From a virus: 64,000 bases of DNA. Positions 29,037 to 38,331 of this stretch are shown here, one piece after another (the stretch's first letter is position 1; each line of letters begins with the position of its first letter). The position numbers and the translations under genes are program-made. The notes under the pieces were generated by a model. That model was not told the DNA's origin. It worked only from the letters and a program-made list of their open reading frames with translations, and made no database searches. The DNA lies in IMG/VR virus record IMGVR_UViG_3300010370_000028, positions 32,001 through 96,000 of that record; one strand, given 5' to 3'.

Positions 29037-31133
29037 ATGGCAGACGGAGATCAAAATGCAACATATATTTTAAATGCGCAAAACCAATTTGCGCTTTTTC
29101 CAGGTATAGGTTTAACATCAAATGGTGGAGCTTATGATGGTTCTGTCGAAAGATACTTTGATGTAGATACATCTTTATTCTTATCCTTAAGTGGCGAACA
29201 AACAATAGAAGGACAAAAAACTTTTGTACTTAATCCACTTATAGGTGAAGCAGAAACTGTTTTAACATCTGGAGATCAGACGATTAGTGGTCTTAAAACT
29301 TTTACAGATCGTCCTTATGTAAGTGGTATTCCAGTTATTTTAAGTGGTGATGCTGCTGGCGTAGCTACTCCTAATGATTTAACATTTGGTTTTGGTATAC
29401 AATCAAGCGGTGACATTTTCAATGGAAGTTCTGCTAAAATAATAGCTATAAATCCAAATGAAATTGTATCTATTACTGGAATAGAAGAAATAAGTGGACA
29501 AAAAACATTTACATTAACACCAAAAGTTGGTAGTGGAATTGTTATATTAAATACTGGAGAACAAACATTAAGTGGAAAACTTATTATTAATAATGAATTA
29601 ATTCACTCTGGTTCATTAAATATAGGTAGAACTGGTAATAGTAATTATTTTGGTACTTCCGCTGTTTTAAATGAATTTGGGCCTTCTGGTAATATAAATA
29701 ATTTTGGAAACCTTTCTGTATTAAATTCATTTGGTAATAGTACAACAACTAATGAATTTGGAACACTTTCTGTTAATAAATTTGGAGAAAGTGGTATTAA
29801 TACTTTTTACTCTGGAACATTTACTGGACAAACCGTTTTTGAAAATAATATTATAATTGGCGAGGGCCAACCAGTAATGAATACTGGCAGTGAAGTAATT
29901 AGTGGTCTTAAAACATTTTTAAATGATTTAACTATTTCTGGAGATTTAATTTTAGGAGATAATAATACAGTTATTGATACTCAAGTTCATACGTTAATTG
30001 GAGGATCTGGTAATTATTCAAGCGGGAATGCTTCAGTAGTTTTAGGTGGTAGAAATAATACTTTAAATGGAGATTACTCATTGATAGCAGTAGGGGAAGA
30101 TAATACGCTATCTGGAAGCAGATCTTTAATTTTAAATGGAATTTTAAATAATATAACTGGAAACGATAATATTATTCTTGGTGGTACTGGTAATAAAATT
30201 GGTAGTGGTATTTTCTCATCTATAATAAATGGTTATAATAATACCATCTACGATTCAAATTCATTCATTGGAAATGGAAATAGAAATGTTATAAGTGGAT
30301 CTGATAATTTTATCGGCGGTGGTTATGAACACGGTATTACTGGAAGTAATAATTTTATTGGTTTCGGTTATGGTAATTTAATAACTGGAACTGATTCGGT
30401 TATTGCTGGGGGCGCGTATAATATATCATATGGTGATAGAGGAAGTGTTTTGGGTGGATTTAATAATCAAATTTTAGAATCGACTAATTCTTCAATTGGA
30501 GGTGGAAATATTAATAAAATACAAGACGGATACAATACAACTATTGCTGGTGGTTCTAGTAATGAAATTATATCTGGTGATGCATCATTTATTGGTGGTG
30601 GATTAATTAATAAAATAAACTCACCAGAATCAGTTATATGTGGTGGGACTTATAATGAAATAAATGCAATTTCATCTATTATAGTTGGCGGTTTTGAGAA
30701 TTTAATTAATACAGATTGTTCTTATACTTTTATTGGTGGTGGTAATAACAATTCTATAGAAAGTGGATCGTATTCGCTTATTAATGGTGGATATTATAAT
30801 GAAATTTCAGGTTCAAATTCTTCAATTTTAGGAGGAGATCAAAATAAAATTTATTCTAATTATTCTAATGCTATAGGTAGAAGAGTTAATATTTCATCTG
30901 AACATTTGGGAGCAACAGTTATTGCAGATGGACAAGAAAGAGATCACTATTCAAGAGGCGCACACACTTTAACTCTAGACTTCTTTAATGGTGTTTACTT
31001 GAGATTACCACAATTTACTGGATCATCATCACAAACAGGAAATCGTGGAGAACTAGCAGTTAGTGGCGATTATTTATATATATGTACTGGAAGTGAATCT
31101 GGATGGGGAAGAATACAATTAAGTAGTTTTTAA
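29037..31133 (+). CDS. Tail fibre/adhesin with a GG..N.I beta-solenoid
   Basis: QTISG.KTF repeats, many I.GG..N.I repeats, C-terminal GELAVSGDYLYIC..WGRIQL domain. Confidence 0.7.
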   Translation: MADGDQNATYILNAQNQFALFPGIGLTSNGGAYDGSVERYFDVDTSLFLSLSGEQTIEGQKTFVLNPLIGEAETVLTSGDQTISGLKTFTDRPYVSGIPVILSGDAAGVATPNDLTFGFGIQSSGDIFNGSSAKIIAINPNEIVSITGIEEISGQKTFTLTPKVGSGIVILNTGEQTLSGKLIINNELIHSGSLNIGRTGNSNYFGTSAVLNEFGPSGNINNFGNLSVLNSFGNSTTTNEFGTLSVNKFGESGINTFYSGTFTGQTVFENNIIIGEGQPVMNTGSEVISGLKTFLNDLTISGDLILGDNNTVIDTQVHTLIGGSGNYSSGNASVVLGGRNNTLNGDYSLIAVGEDNTLSGSRSLILNGILNNITGNDNIILGGTGNKIGSGIFSSIINGYNNTIYDSNSFIGNGNRNVISGSDNFIGGGYEHGITGSNNFIGFGYGNLITGTDSVIAGGAYNISYGDRGSVLGGFNNQILESTNSSIGGGNINKIQDGYNTTIAGGSSNEIISGDASFIGGGLINKINSPESVICGGTYNEINAISSIIVGGFENLINTDCSYTFIGGGNNNSIESGSYSLINGGYYNEISGSNSSILGGDQNKIYSNYSNAIGRRVNISSEHLGATVIADGQERDHYSRGAHTLTLDFFNGVYLRLPQFTGSSSQTGNRGELAVSGDYLYICTGSESGWGRIQLSSF

Positions 31134-31519
31134 TTATAATCAATTTTAACATTTTTGCTTTCAAAAGATTTCATTTGTTCTGGATGCTTTGCTCCTTTAC
31201 GCTCTTTTGAATAATTTTCAAAGTATTTTTCTTTAATTGGATCTTTGCCTCCAGCTAACTCTGCACGTTTATTGCTCATTTCAGCACTTCTATCTAATAG
31301 GTCGCCATATGTGCCTTTTTTGGTTCCTGTTTTTTCAGTAAACTGTTTCGCGCTAAATGGATCTATCTGAGAGTCGATGGATGCACATGGTGAATAGAAA
31401 ACTCTAATCCAGTCATCTTCATCTCCATTTTCGCCAAAATATTCATGCTTTTCACTCATAGACTGAACAATATCTCTATGTTCATCTGTTGATTTTCTTC
31501 TGTATGTATAAATTGGCAT
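31130..31519 (-). CDS. FmdB-like protein (zinc-ribbon cysteines absent)
   Basis: MPIYTY N-terminus and RVFYSP motif typical of the FmdB family. Confidence 0.5.
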   Translation of the reverse strand: MPIYTYRRKSTDEHRDIVQSMSEKHEYFGENGDEDDWIRVFYSPCASIDSQIDPFSAKQFTEKTGTKKGTYGDLLDRSAEMSNKRAELAGGKDPIKEKYFENYSKERKGAKHPEQMKSFESKNVKIDYN

Positions 31520-31531
31520 ATATATTACTAT

Positions 31532-31567
31532 AAAAAAAACAGGTGAAAATTCAATTCCACCTGTTTT
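31532..31567 (-). terminator. Intrinsic terminator after Hsp20
   Basis: Minus strand AAAACAGGTG-N12-CACCTG followed by T8. Confidence 0.75.
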
Positions 31568-31590
31568 CTATTTTGGATTTTGCTTTGATA

Positions 31591-31911
31591 TTATGCTATT
31601 TCTATCTCTAAGCTATCGGTTACTGATTTCTTAGGAAGAGTTAATTTAAGCAATCCATTTTTATATTCCGATTTAATGTGATTAATCGAAACGCAATTAT
31701 TAAGATTAATAGATAAGTTTTTAGACCTCTCTTCGTTCTTAGCCTTAATCTTAAGGATTTCATCTGTAGCTGTAATTTTGATATCAGATTTATCATATCC
31801 AGCCAATTCCACTTCGGCAGTATAAACATCCCCAATATCTTTAATGAAAGATTTTGGATATGAGTATGAGCTGCCTAATGTTGAAAATAATGTATCGTAT
31901 AATGTATTCAT
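31591..31911 (-). CDS. Small heat-shock protein (Hsp20/alpha-crystallin)
   Basis: ELAGYDKSDIKI and SEYKNGLLKLTLPK motifs. Confidence 0.9.
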   Translation of the reverse strand: MNTLYDTLFSTLGSSYSYPKSFIKDIGDVYTAEVELAGYDKSDIKITATDEILKIKAKNEERSKNLSINLNNCVSINHIKSEYKNGLLKLTLPKKSVTDSLEIEIA

Positions 31912-31944
31912 AGACTTTTGCTATATCAGAAATTATGCCAAGCA

Positions 31945-33024
31945 TTAAACCCCAAAAATACTGGACAAAATTGCACTAGCTGTATGCTCATATGTCATAT
32001 TGACCGATAACTTTTGTCCCTCTGAGTTATTTTGTCCCACTTTAATAGTTGCTCTTTCTGTTGCGAGATTAAAATCTTCTTCAGTCCAAGTGTAAAAAAC
32101 ACCTTGATTAAATGGATCTCCAGTCTTAAAGAAAGCTCCATCTTCAACAGGCATTTCTCCAGAAGGTTCAACAAGAATACTATTTTCATTTGTTGCCCAA
32201 TCTTTATGAGAGGTTGCATTTAATACAATAGACCATTTGCCAAGAGCGGTTGCATTGAACGCTGGAAGATTCCAACCTTCGCCGCCACTAAGACCAGTTA
32301 GGTCAATATCAATTGCATTAAGAAATTCGTTGACTTCTTTATTTGTCTTAAGATATGGAAGAAAATTAATATTGGTATATCTTTTACCTTCCAAGACATT
32401 CTCAATGATAGCTTGCATTTGCTCTGGTTTAAAAAACGGATTAGTAACACAACAAGTTAATTGATATTTATTGTCGTTACCATATTTTTTAAGCCAAGAC
32501 TTAATGATCTTGCCTGTATGTTTTCTATTCTCAAACTTACCCATTAACCCGAAATGGATTACGCCTTCAAGATATTTTTTATTAGTTTTAACAAAGTCTT
32601 TATCAAATCCCATAGGAATATAAGTTGCGTTTTCACAACCATTAGATAAAAACTTGTCTCTTGAATAGGTTGAGCTAAAGAAAACTCTATCTTGTGCTTT
32701 GCAAAGCTGTTTTTCGAGTTCTGTTGGTTCGCTGCATTCATAAAATGTCAATAAATTTTGAGTTGGATTCTTTCTATTTTCACTACCATTAAGATGCCAT
32801 AGTTTGAAACCTGGAATATCTTTAGATAGATAATCGAATCTTGTGTCAATAGATTTTTGCAACCATTGACCAAAGTCTTGAGAAATTTCAAAAGCAGAAA
32901 TATCAAGATTCCCAATTGGGAAAATTCCAACTTCAATATTTTTCTTATAAAACTCTTTAAGAATGTTTAAAGAAACATTTCCAAAGCTAAGAGAGTTGAG
33001 AGGTGCTTCTACTAGTAGTTTCAT
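31945..33024 (-). CDS. GT-B (GT4-like) glycosyltransferase
   Basis: GKFENRK and SGGEGWNLPAFNATALG motifs; ATG at 33024 overlaps the ssb stop. Confidence 0.8.
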   Translation of the reverse strand: MKLLVEAPLNSLSFGNVSLNILKEFYKKNIEVGIFPIGNLDISAFEISQDFGQWLQKSIDTRFDYLSKDIPGFKLWHLNGSENRKNPTQNLLTFYECSEPTELEKQLCKAQDRVFFSSTYSRDKFLSNGCENATYIPMGFDKDFVKTNKKYLEGVIHFGLMGKFENRKHTGKIIKSWLKKYGNDNKYQLTCCVTNPFFKPEQMQAIIENVLEGKRYTNINFLPYLKTNKEVNEFLNAIDIDLTGLSGGEGWNLPAFNATALGKWSIVLNATSHKDWATNENSILVEPSGEMPVEDGAFFKTGDPFNQGVFYTWTEEDFNLATERATIKVGQNNSEGQKLSVNMTYEHTASAILSSIFGV

Positions 33025-33446
33025 CAAAATGGGATGTCTTCTGTGTTGTCGGAAGTATCATTAGATACCTTAACATTGGCTTTTTTATTTTCACGATAAG
33101 TTGCTTCGCTTTCGGCTGGTCCAGAACCATCTTCCTTCTTCTGCGCAGTATTAAGGAACTTGACCTTATTTGCACGAATGAAGTGACGGCTTTGAGTTGC
33201 TCCCTCTTTATTTGTCCAAGATGACATGCAAAGCTCTCCTTCAATAAGGACTTCTCTGCCTTTCTTCAAAAACTTGCCACAGGCTTCTGCGGTTTTATCC
33301 CACGCTTCACAATCAATAAAGCATTTTGTCTTTGCGTTATTTTCCGATACACAAACTCGCATCATGCAAATTGATTTGCCGCTTTGAGTCTGCTTGATTT
33401 CTGGGTCTTTTACAAGATATCCTAGTGCTACAATTGTATTAAACAT
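33024..33446 (-). CDS. ssb: Single-stranded DNA-binding protein
   Basis: G.LVKDPE, LKKGREVLIEGEL, acidic C-terminal EDIPF. Confidence 0.92.
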   Translation of the reverse strand: MFNTIVALGYLVKDPEIKQTQSGKSICMMRVCVSENNAKTKCFIDCEAWDKTAEACGKFLKKGREVLIEGELCMSSWTNKEGATQSRHFIRANKVKFLNTAQKKEDGSGPAESEATYRENKKANVKVSNDTSDNTEDIPF

Positions 33447-34008
33447 TTTCTAATTCTTTCTTTGTTTGTTCTATAAACTTATTATGAATATTGATGCATC
33501 CTTGTATGCTCATCTTAAGTTTTTTCGCAATACTTTTCCAAGGTGTGAGTTTATTATAATCCGAACCATATCTCATGTCAATGATTTTTTTCACTCTTTT
33601 ATCTTCATTTAACTCAGCCAATTTATAAATCTTTTTAAGTATTTCTGAGTTTTGTAAATCCTTTACAAAATCATAAGAAGCTTCTTGGTCATTTTGATGA
33701 TATTCTAAAGGTTCTTCTTTTCTTTTTTTATTTTTATTATATAAATTTAAACATTTCCAACGAGTTTCATTGGCGAGGTAAGTTGGAAATTTAGTATTTA
33801 AATTCGGGTTGTATTTTAAAGCCGCATTATAAATAGTATAATCTTTATCAGCAATAACATCTGTTTTATTAACAAAGTCACAAGAGTCAGATATAATCTT
33901 ATTAACTATATCCATGTAAATTCCAGAATGCCTATCAATCAATTCTTGAAGACTAAAATTGTCATTTTGCTCTTTTATTCTATTTATAAGGAGTAAGTCT
34001 GCTTCCAT
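33439..34008 (-). CDS. Phage sigma70-family sigma factor (regions 2 and 4)
   Basis: LQELIDRH, KYNP..TKFPTYL, IIDMRYG..WKSIAKKLKMS helix-turn-helix. Confidence 0.75.
   Translation of the reverse strand: MEADLLLINRIKEQNDNFSLQELIDRHSGIYMDIVNKIISDSCDFVNKTDVIADKDYTIYNAALKYNPNLNTKFPTYLANETRWKCLNLYNKNKKRKEEPLEYHQNDQEASYDFVKDLQNSEILKKIYKLAELNEDKRVKKIIDMRYGSDYNKLTPWKSIAKKLKMSIQGCINIHNKFIEQTKKELENV
33553..33581 (-). promoter_or_regulatory. Consensus sigma70 promoter, likely for ssb
   Basis: TTGACA-N17-TATAAT on the minus strand inside the sigma gene. Confidence 0.75.
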
Positions 34009-34574
34009 AGTGAAAATTCTTCTTCACTAATTATATTAGAAATAATTTCAAAAGCAACAGAAATTAATATTTTTTTATCATCTGTAGTATTCCAAGTAAA
34101 CGAACAGTCAGAATTTTCTCTTAAAAAGACATTATTTTCAGCTTCATCAGCATTTGCATCTGGGACTTGATTTCCATTTTCATCAATCCTATCAATAAAA
34201 AACATATAACCATTATTTGACTTAACCCAATCGAATTCGTTTTTGAATCTGATATCAGGCACAATAAGAATTGAGTTTTCTTCAATAGATTCTTGGATTT
34301 TTTTAATCCAAATATCTGGATCTAATTTTCTTCTTACGTGTGTCCCCCATGTAACCAAGAATGGTCTAATAATATTTTTCTCTTCTGTTTTTTCTGTGAA
34401 GACATCAATACCTAAAGTATTAAAAATAAAATCTTTTGATTCTAGTTTTAGTTGATCAGCCAATGCAGATCTTTTAGCTTTAATACCCATTTCTTGAAAG
34501 ATCTCAAGAAATTGATTACATAAAGTATCTTTCCCACTTCTAGCGGGTCCAGCAATTCCAATTATTGTACTCAT
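33984..34574 (-). CDS. Deoxynucleoside monophosphate kinase
   Basis: GIAGPARSGKDT, LADQLK, RPFLVTWGT, PDIRFKNE. Confidence 0.85.
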   Translation of the reverse strand: MSTIIGIAGPARSGKDTLCNQFLEIFQEMGIKAKRSALADQLKLESKDFIFNTLGIDVFTEKTEEKNIIRPFLVTWGTHVRRKLDPDIWIKKIQESIEENSILIVPDIRFKNEFDWVKSNNGYMFFIDRIDENGNQVPDANADEAENNVFLRENSDCSFTWNTTDDKKILISVAFEIISNIISEEEFSLWKQTYSL

Positions 34575-35074
34575 TGACCTGTACTACCAAAGCCTCCACT
34601 ATTTCTATTGGTTGACTCGAAAGAGTTAACTACTTCAATCATTGGACTAATTGTTTGAGAGAAAACTAACTGTCCAATCTTATCACCCTTTTTATAAATT
34701 TTGTTTTTGTTAATATTCACGCAAAGTTTATTTTTTTCGCACATTTTAAAATCAAGTGGTTGTGGTATATATTTAAATCTGAGTTTAATAGTACCTCTAT
34801 ATTCATTGTCAATTAGACCAACTGAATTTGCAAGTACTAGATTGTATTTTGATATAGAAGATCTTGGGAAAACATAAGTATGATATCCGTTTTGTGGCTC
34901 AATAATTAAATTAGTTTCATACTCTACATAATCAATTGCAAAATAATCGTCACTATTATCAATAGTGATTCCTTGAATAAATGGATCTGATGCAGCAATG
35001 ATATCATAACCAGAGTCAGTTTCATTAGCTGGATACCTTATATTATCTGTACTGTTTACTTTAATTATCGTCAT
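34571..35074 (-). CDS. dut: Trimeric dUTPase
   Basis: SGYD, PRSS, GLIDNEYRG, IGQL, RNSGGFGSTG. Confidence 0.95.
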   Translation of the reverse strand: MTIIKVNSTDNIRYPANETDSGYDIIAASDPFIQGITIDNSDDYFAIDYVEYETNLIIEPQNGYHTYVFPRSSISKYNLVLANSVGLIDNEYRGTIKLRFKYIPQPLDFKMCEKNKLCVNINKNKIYKKGDKIGQLVFSQTISPMIEVVNSFESTNRNSGGFGSTGQ

Positions 35075-35357
35075 TTGTTTCTCTGTCTATTATGCTTAAT
35101 AAATTAGATGATAGTGTGTGCATTCCTATATCAGCAAGAATTTTGGGTGAAAACGCTAGAATTGAATTATTCTTTTTAAATAAAAGCTCTGTTACTGAGA
35201 CGGCAGCGCCTATAGAGAAATTAGCACCACATTCTTCAAGCGCCTCTTGAACTGCTTTAGAAGCGGCTTGGTCATAACTATCAGCTTCTACAACGCACTT
35301 CCAGTTCGCACTGGCGCATAAAAATAATTTGTTTCCATTCTTTTTGTCTAGAAGCAT
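35061..35357 (-). CDS. Hypothetical protein
   Basis: 98-aa ORF directly after a sigma70 promoter. Confidence 0.65.
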   Translation of the reverse strand: MLLDKKNGNKLFLCASANWKCVVEADSYDQAASKAVQEALEECGANFSIGAAVSVTELLFKKNNSILAFSPKILADIGMHTLSSNLLSIIDRETNDDN

Positions 35358-35365
35358 TTGCCAAA

Positions 35366-35394
35366 ATCATAAATCAAATATAAGAAAATGTCAA
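35366..35394 (-). promoter_or_regulatory. Sigma70 promoter
   Basis: TTGACA-N17-TATGAT, 8 nt before ATG 35357. Confidence 0.75.
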
Positions 35395-35413
35395 TATTTA
35401 AAAAAATATTCGT

Positions 35414-35495
35414 AATAAAATAGATTTTATATTCCTTATCTCTAACAATCTACGTCAACTTTTACTTCCCACTTCACTTTAAAATCTATTTTATT
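35414..35495. repeat. 16-bp perfect inverted repeat with a 50-bp spacer
   Basis: AATAAAATAGATTTTA (35414-35429) / TAAAATCTATTTTATT (35480-35495). Confidence 0.8.
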
Positions 35496-35641
35496 CGTAA
35501 AGTTTGAATGTTTTAGAGAACGTAGTTCTTTTTGTTTCTAAAAGAAAAGCTCATTGGTTATCGTATACACCAAATAAAAACCCTTGTCAAGAAAAAAATT
35601 TACTAAATTTTCGTCTTGTAAAATTCTAATTTTAGGCTATA

Positions 35642-35647
35642 GTGTAA
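35642..35647 (+). promoter_or_regulatory. GTGTAA motif
   Basis: 11 nt upstream of the nrdB ATG at 35659. Confidence 0.5.
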
Positions 35648-35658
35648 AACATATTACT

Positions 35659-36630
35659 ATGATTTTTGAAGAACAAATTTCCCGCAAACCAAATCTATAT
35701 CCTTGGACAGAACAATTTATTGAGGCTATGCACAATGGCTTTTGGACAGACAAAGAGTTCTCATTTAAAGCCGATGTTCAGCAGTTTAAGACAGAGTTGA
35801 CAGATCAAGAGAGGGAGATTGTTGTACGCACTTTATCAGCAGTTGGTCAAATTGAAGTTGCTGTAAAAACATTTTGGGCAAAGCTTGGAGAAAATCTTCC
35901 ACACCCATCTCTTCAAGATCTTGGTTATGTTATGGCTAATGTTGAAGTTATTCACAATAATGCCTATGAGAGACTTCTTAGCGTTCTTGATTTAGAGGAT
36001 ATTTTTGATGAAAATCTCAAACTTGAATGGATTCAAGGCAGAGTAAAATATTTAAAGAAATATACTCATAAATTTTATAAAGATTCAAAGAAGCAGTATC
36101 TTTATGCTTTAATCCTTTTTACTTTGTTTGTCGAAAATGTATCTTTGTTTTCTCAGTTTTATATTATTAATTGGTTTGCTAGATTTAAGAATGTCCTTAA
36201 AGATACAGACCAACAAGTAAAGTATACCCGCAACGAAGAAAACATTCACGCTTTGGTTGGAATGAAAATTATTAATACCATTCGTGAAGAACATCCAGAA
36301 CTCTTTGATGAAGATCTTGAACAAAGAATTCTTCATGAAGCTGAGGAGGCTTTTAAATCAGAATCTAAAATTGTTGATTGGATGGTTAATGGTATTAATG
36401 AAGAAGGATTATCAGCCGCAATTCTTAAAGAGTTTATTAAAAACAGAATTAATGAATCATTATCTCAAATTAATTTTCCAAAAGTGTTTAAAATTGATGA
36501 AGAGTTGTTATCATCAACAACATGGTTTGACGAAGAACTTTTGGGTAATAATATGACTGATTTTTTCCACTCAAGACCTGTTGAGTATAGCAAAAAAAAT
36601 CAATCATTCAGCGAGGACGATCTGTTTTAA
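35659..36630 (+). CDS. nrdB: Class I ribonucleotide reductase, beta subunit
   Basis: FWTDKE, EVIHNNAY, EENIH, DFFHSRPVEY; start moved to ATG 35659. Confidence 0.92.
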   Translation: MIFEEQISRKPNLYPWTEQFIEAMHNGFWTDKEFSFKADVQQFKTELTDQEREIVVRTLSAVGQIEVAVKTFWAKLGENLPHPSLQDLGYVMANVEVIHNNAYERLLSVLDLEDIFDENLKLEWIQGRVKYLKKYTHKFYKDSKKQYLYALILFTLFVENVSLFSQFYIINWFARFKNVLKDTDQQVKYTRNEENIHALVGMKIINTIREEHPELFDEDLEQRILHEAEEAFKSESKIVDWMVNGINEEGLSAAILKEFIKNRINESLSQINFPKVFKIDEELLSSTTWFDEELLGNNMTDFFHSRPVEYSKKNQSFSEDDLF

Positions 36631-36633
36631 TTT

Positions 36634-38286
36634 ATGAAGAACGAAATATATTGGCTAAATAAGGATTCAAGAAAGTTTCTTGAAAGAGGGTATCTGCTTG
36701 AAGGTGAAACTCCAGAGCAGAGAATTAAGGATATAGCTGATAAAGCTCAATCTTTATTAGGTAATTTAGAAGGCTTCTCAGATAAATTCGTTGATTATAT
36801 GTCAAATGGTTTTTATTCTTTGTCTAGTCCAATTTGGAGTAATTTTGGTCGTGAGAGAGGCTTGCCCATTTCTTGCTTTGGTAGTTATATCTCTGATGAG
36901 ATGTCATCTATTCTTGGTAAGGTTGCTGAAGTTGGTCAAATGACTAAAGGTGGCGGTGGTACTAGTGCTTATTTTGGAGCATTACGTGGCAGAGGTGCTG
37001 AAATTTCATCTGGTGGCAAGTCAACAGGTTCTGTTCATTTTATGGAACTTTATGATAAGCTTATGAATGTTGTCTCACAAGGCAGTGTTCGTAGAGGATC
37101 TTTTGCAGCATATCTTCCTATTGATCATCCTGATATCGAAGAATTTCTTAAAATTCGTGGAGAAGGTCATGAAATTCAAGACATGTCAATTGGTGTTTGT
37201 GTCTCTGATGAATGGATGAAGAAAATGATTGAAGGTGATAAAGAAGCTCGTAAAGTATGGGGTCTTGTAATCAAGAAGCGCTTTGAGTCTGGCTATCCTT
37301 ATATCTTCTTTTCTGATAATGCAAATAATCAAGCTCCTCAAATGTACAAGGATAAAGGTCTTAGAATTAATAATTCCAATCTTTGTAATGAAATCATGCT
37401 CTCAAACTCAGAAGATGAATCATTTGTTTGCGATCTTTCATCTCTCAATCTTGAAAGATGGGATGAGATTGCTGAAACTGATGCTGTTGAAACATTAGTT
37501 TATTTCCTTGATGCTGTCATGTCAGAATTTATTAATAAGACAGATGGTGTGAAATTCATGGAAGCTCCTAGAAAATTCGCAATCAATCAACGCGCTCTTG
37601 GTGTTGGCGTTTTGGGGTGGCACTCACTTCTTCAATTGAAAATGATTCCATTCGAATCTATGGATGCTAAATTACTTAATGGTGAGATTTGGCGTTCTAT
37701 TAGAGAGAAAGCGGATAAAGCTACATCAGAACTCGCAAATCTTTTTGGCGAACCACCAATGCTTGAAGGCTATGGTCGTAGAAATTCTACTACTCTTGCA
37801 GTAGCTCCAACAACAAGTAGTTCCTTTATTTTGGGTCAAGTATCCCCATCTATTGAACCACTTAATAGCAATTATTTTGTTAAAGATCTCGCAAAAGGTA
37901 AGTTTACATTCAAAAATCCATATCTTGAAAAGCTATTAAAAGACAAAGGTAAAAATGATCAAGAAACATGGAAATCTATCTTAATTAAAGGTGGTTCTGT
38001 TCAACATCTTGATTTCTTAACTCAAGAAGAAAAAGATACTTTTAAAACATTTGGTGAGATTTCTCAAAAAGAAATTGTCATTCAAGCAGCACAAAGACAA
38101 AAGTTTATTGATCAAGGTCAATCTCTTAATTTAATGATACCACCTAATACCAAGCCTAAAAGCGTTAATGAGCTTATGATATTTGCTTGGGAACAAGGTA
38201 TTAAAGGTTTATACTATCAACGTTCTAGCAACCCAGCTCAAGAACTTAGCAGGTCTATTTTATCATGTTCAACATGCGAATCTTGA
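36634..38286 (+). CDS. nrdA: Class I ribonucleotide reductase, alpha subunit (no ATP cone)
   Basis: ISCF, SNLCNEI, VCDLSS, APTTSSS, LYY, C-terminal CSTCES. Confidence 0.95.
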   Translation: MKNEIYWLNKDSRKFLERGYLLEGETPEQRIKDIADKAQSLLGNLEGFSDKFVDYMSNGFYSLSSPIWSNFGRERGLPISCFGSYISDEMSSILGKVAEVGQMTKGGGGTSAYFGALRGRGAEISSGGKSTGSVHFMELYDKLMNVVSQGSVRRGSFAAYLPIDHPDIEEFLKIRGEGHEIQDMSIGVCVSDEWMKKMIEGDKEARKVWGLVIKKRFESGYPYIFFSDNANNQAPQMYKDKGLRINNSNLCNEIMLSNSEDESFVCDLSSLNLERWDEIAETDAVETLVYFLDAVMSEFINKTDGVKFMEAPRKFAINQRALGVGVLGWHSLLQLKMIPFESMDAKLLNGEIWRSIREKADKATSELANLFGEPPMLEGYGRRNSTTLAVAPTTSSSFILGQVSPSIEPLNSNYFVKDLAKGKFTFKNPYLEKLLKDKGKNDQETWKSILIKGGSVQHLDFLTQEEKDTFKTFGEISQKEIVIQAAQRQKFIDQGQSLNLMIPPNTKPKSVNELMIFAWEQGIKGLYYQRSSNPAQELSRSILSCSTCES

Positions 38287-38315
38287 TAAAAAAGATATAG
38301 ATTTTTTAAAAAAAA

Positions 38316-38321
38316 GTGTAA
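38316..38321 (+). promoter_or_regulatory. GTGTAA putative late-promoter motif
   Basis: 10 nt upstream of ATG 38332. Confidence 0.6.
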
Positions 38322-38331
38322 CATTAATATA

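Noticed and set aside
6532-31133. Contractile tail
   Set aside because: No sheath or baseplate-wedge-like gene recognised in this window; cannot be excluded elsewhere in the genome
35584-35658. Long N-terminal extensions given by the ORF track for nrdB (also gmd, the exonuclease, and the ORFs at 45536 and 63494)
   Set aside because: Downstream starts fit family N-termini and promoter positions better
35358-35658. tRNA gene in the largest intergenic gap
   Set aside because: No cloverleaf, T-loop GTTCRA or acceptor stem visible
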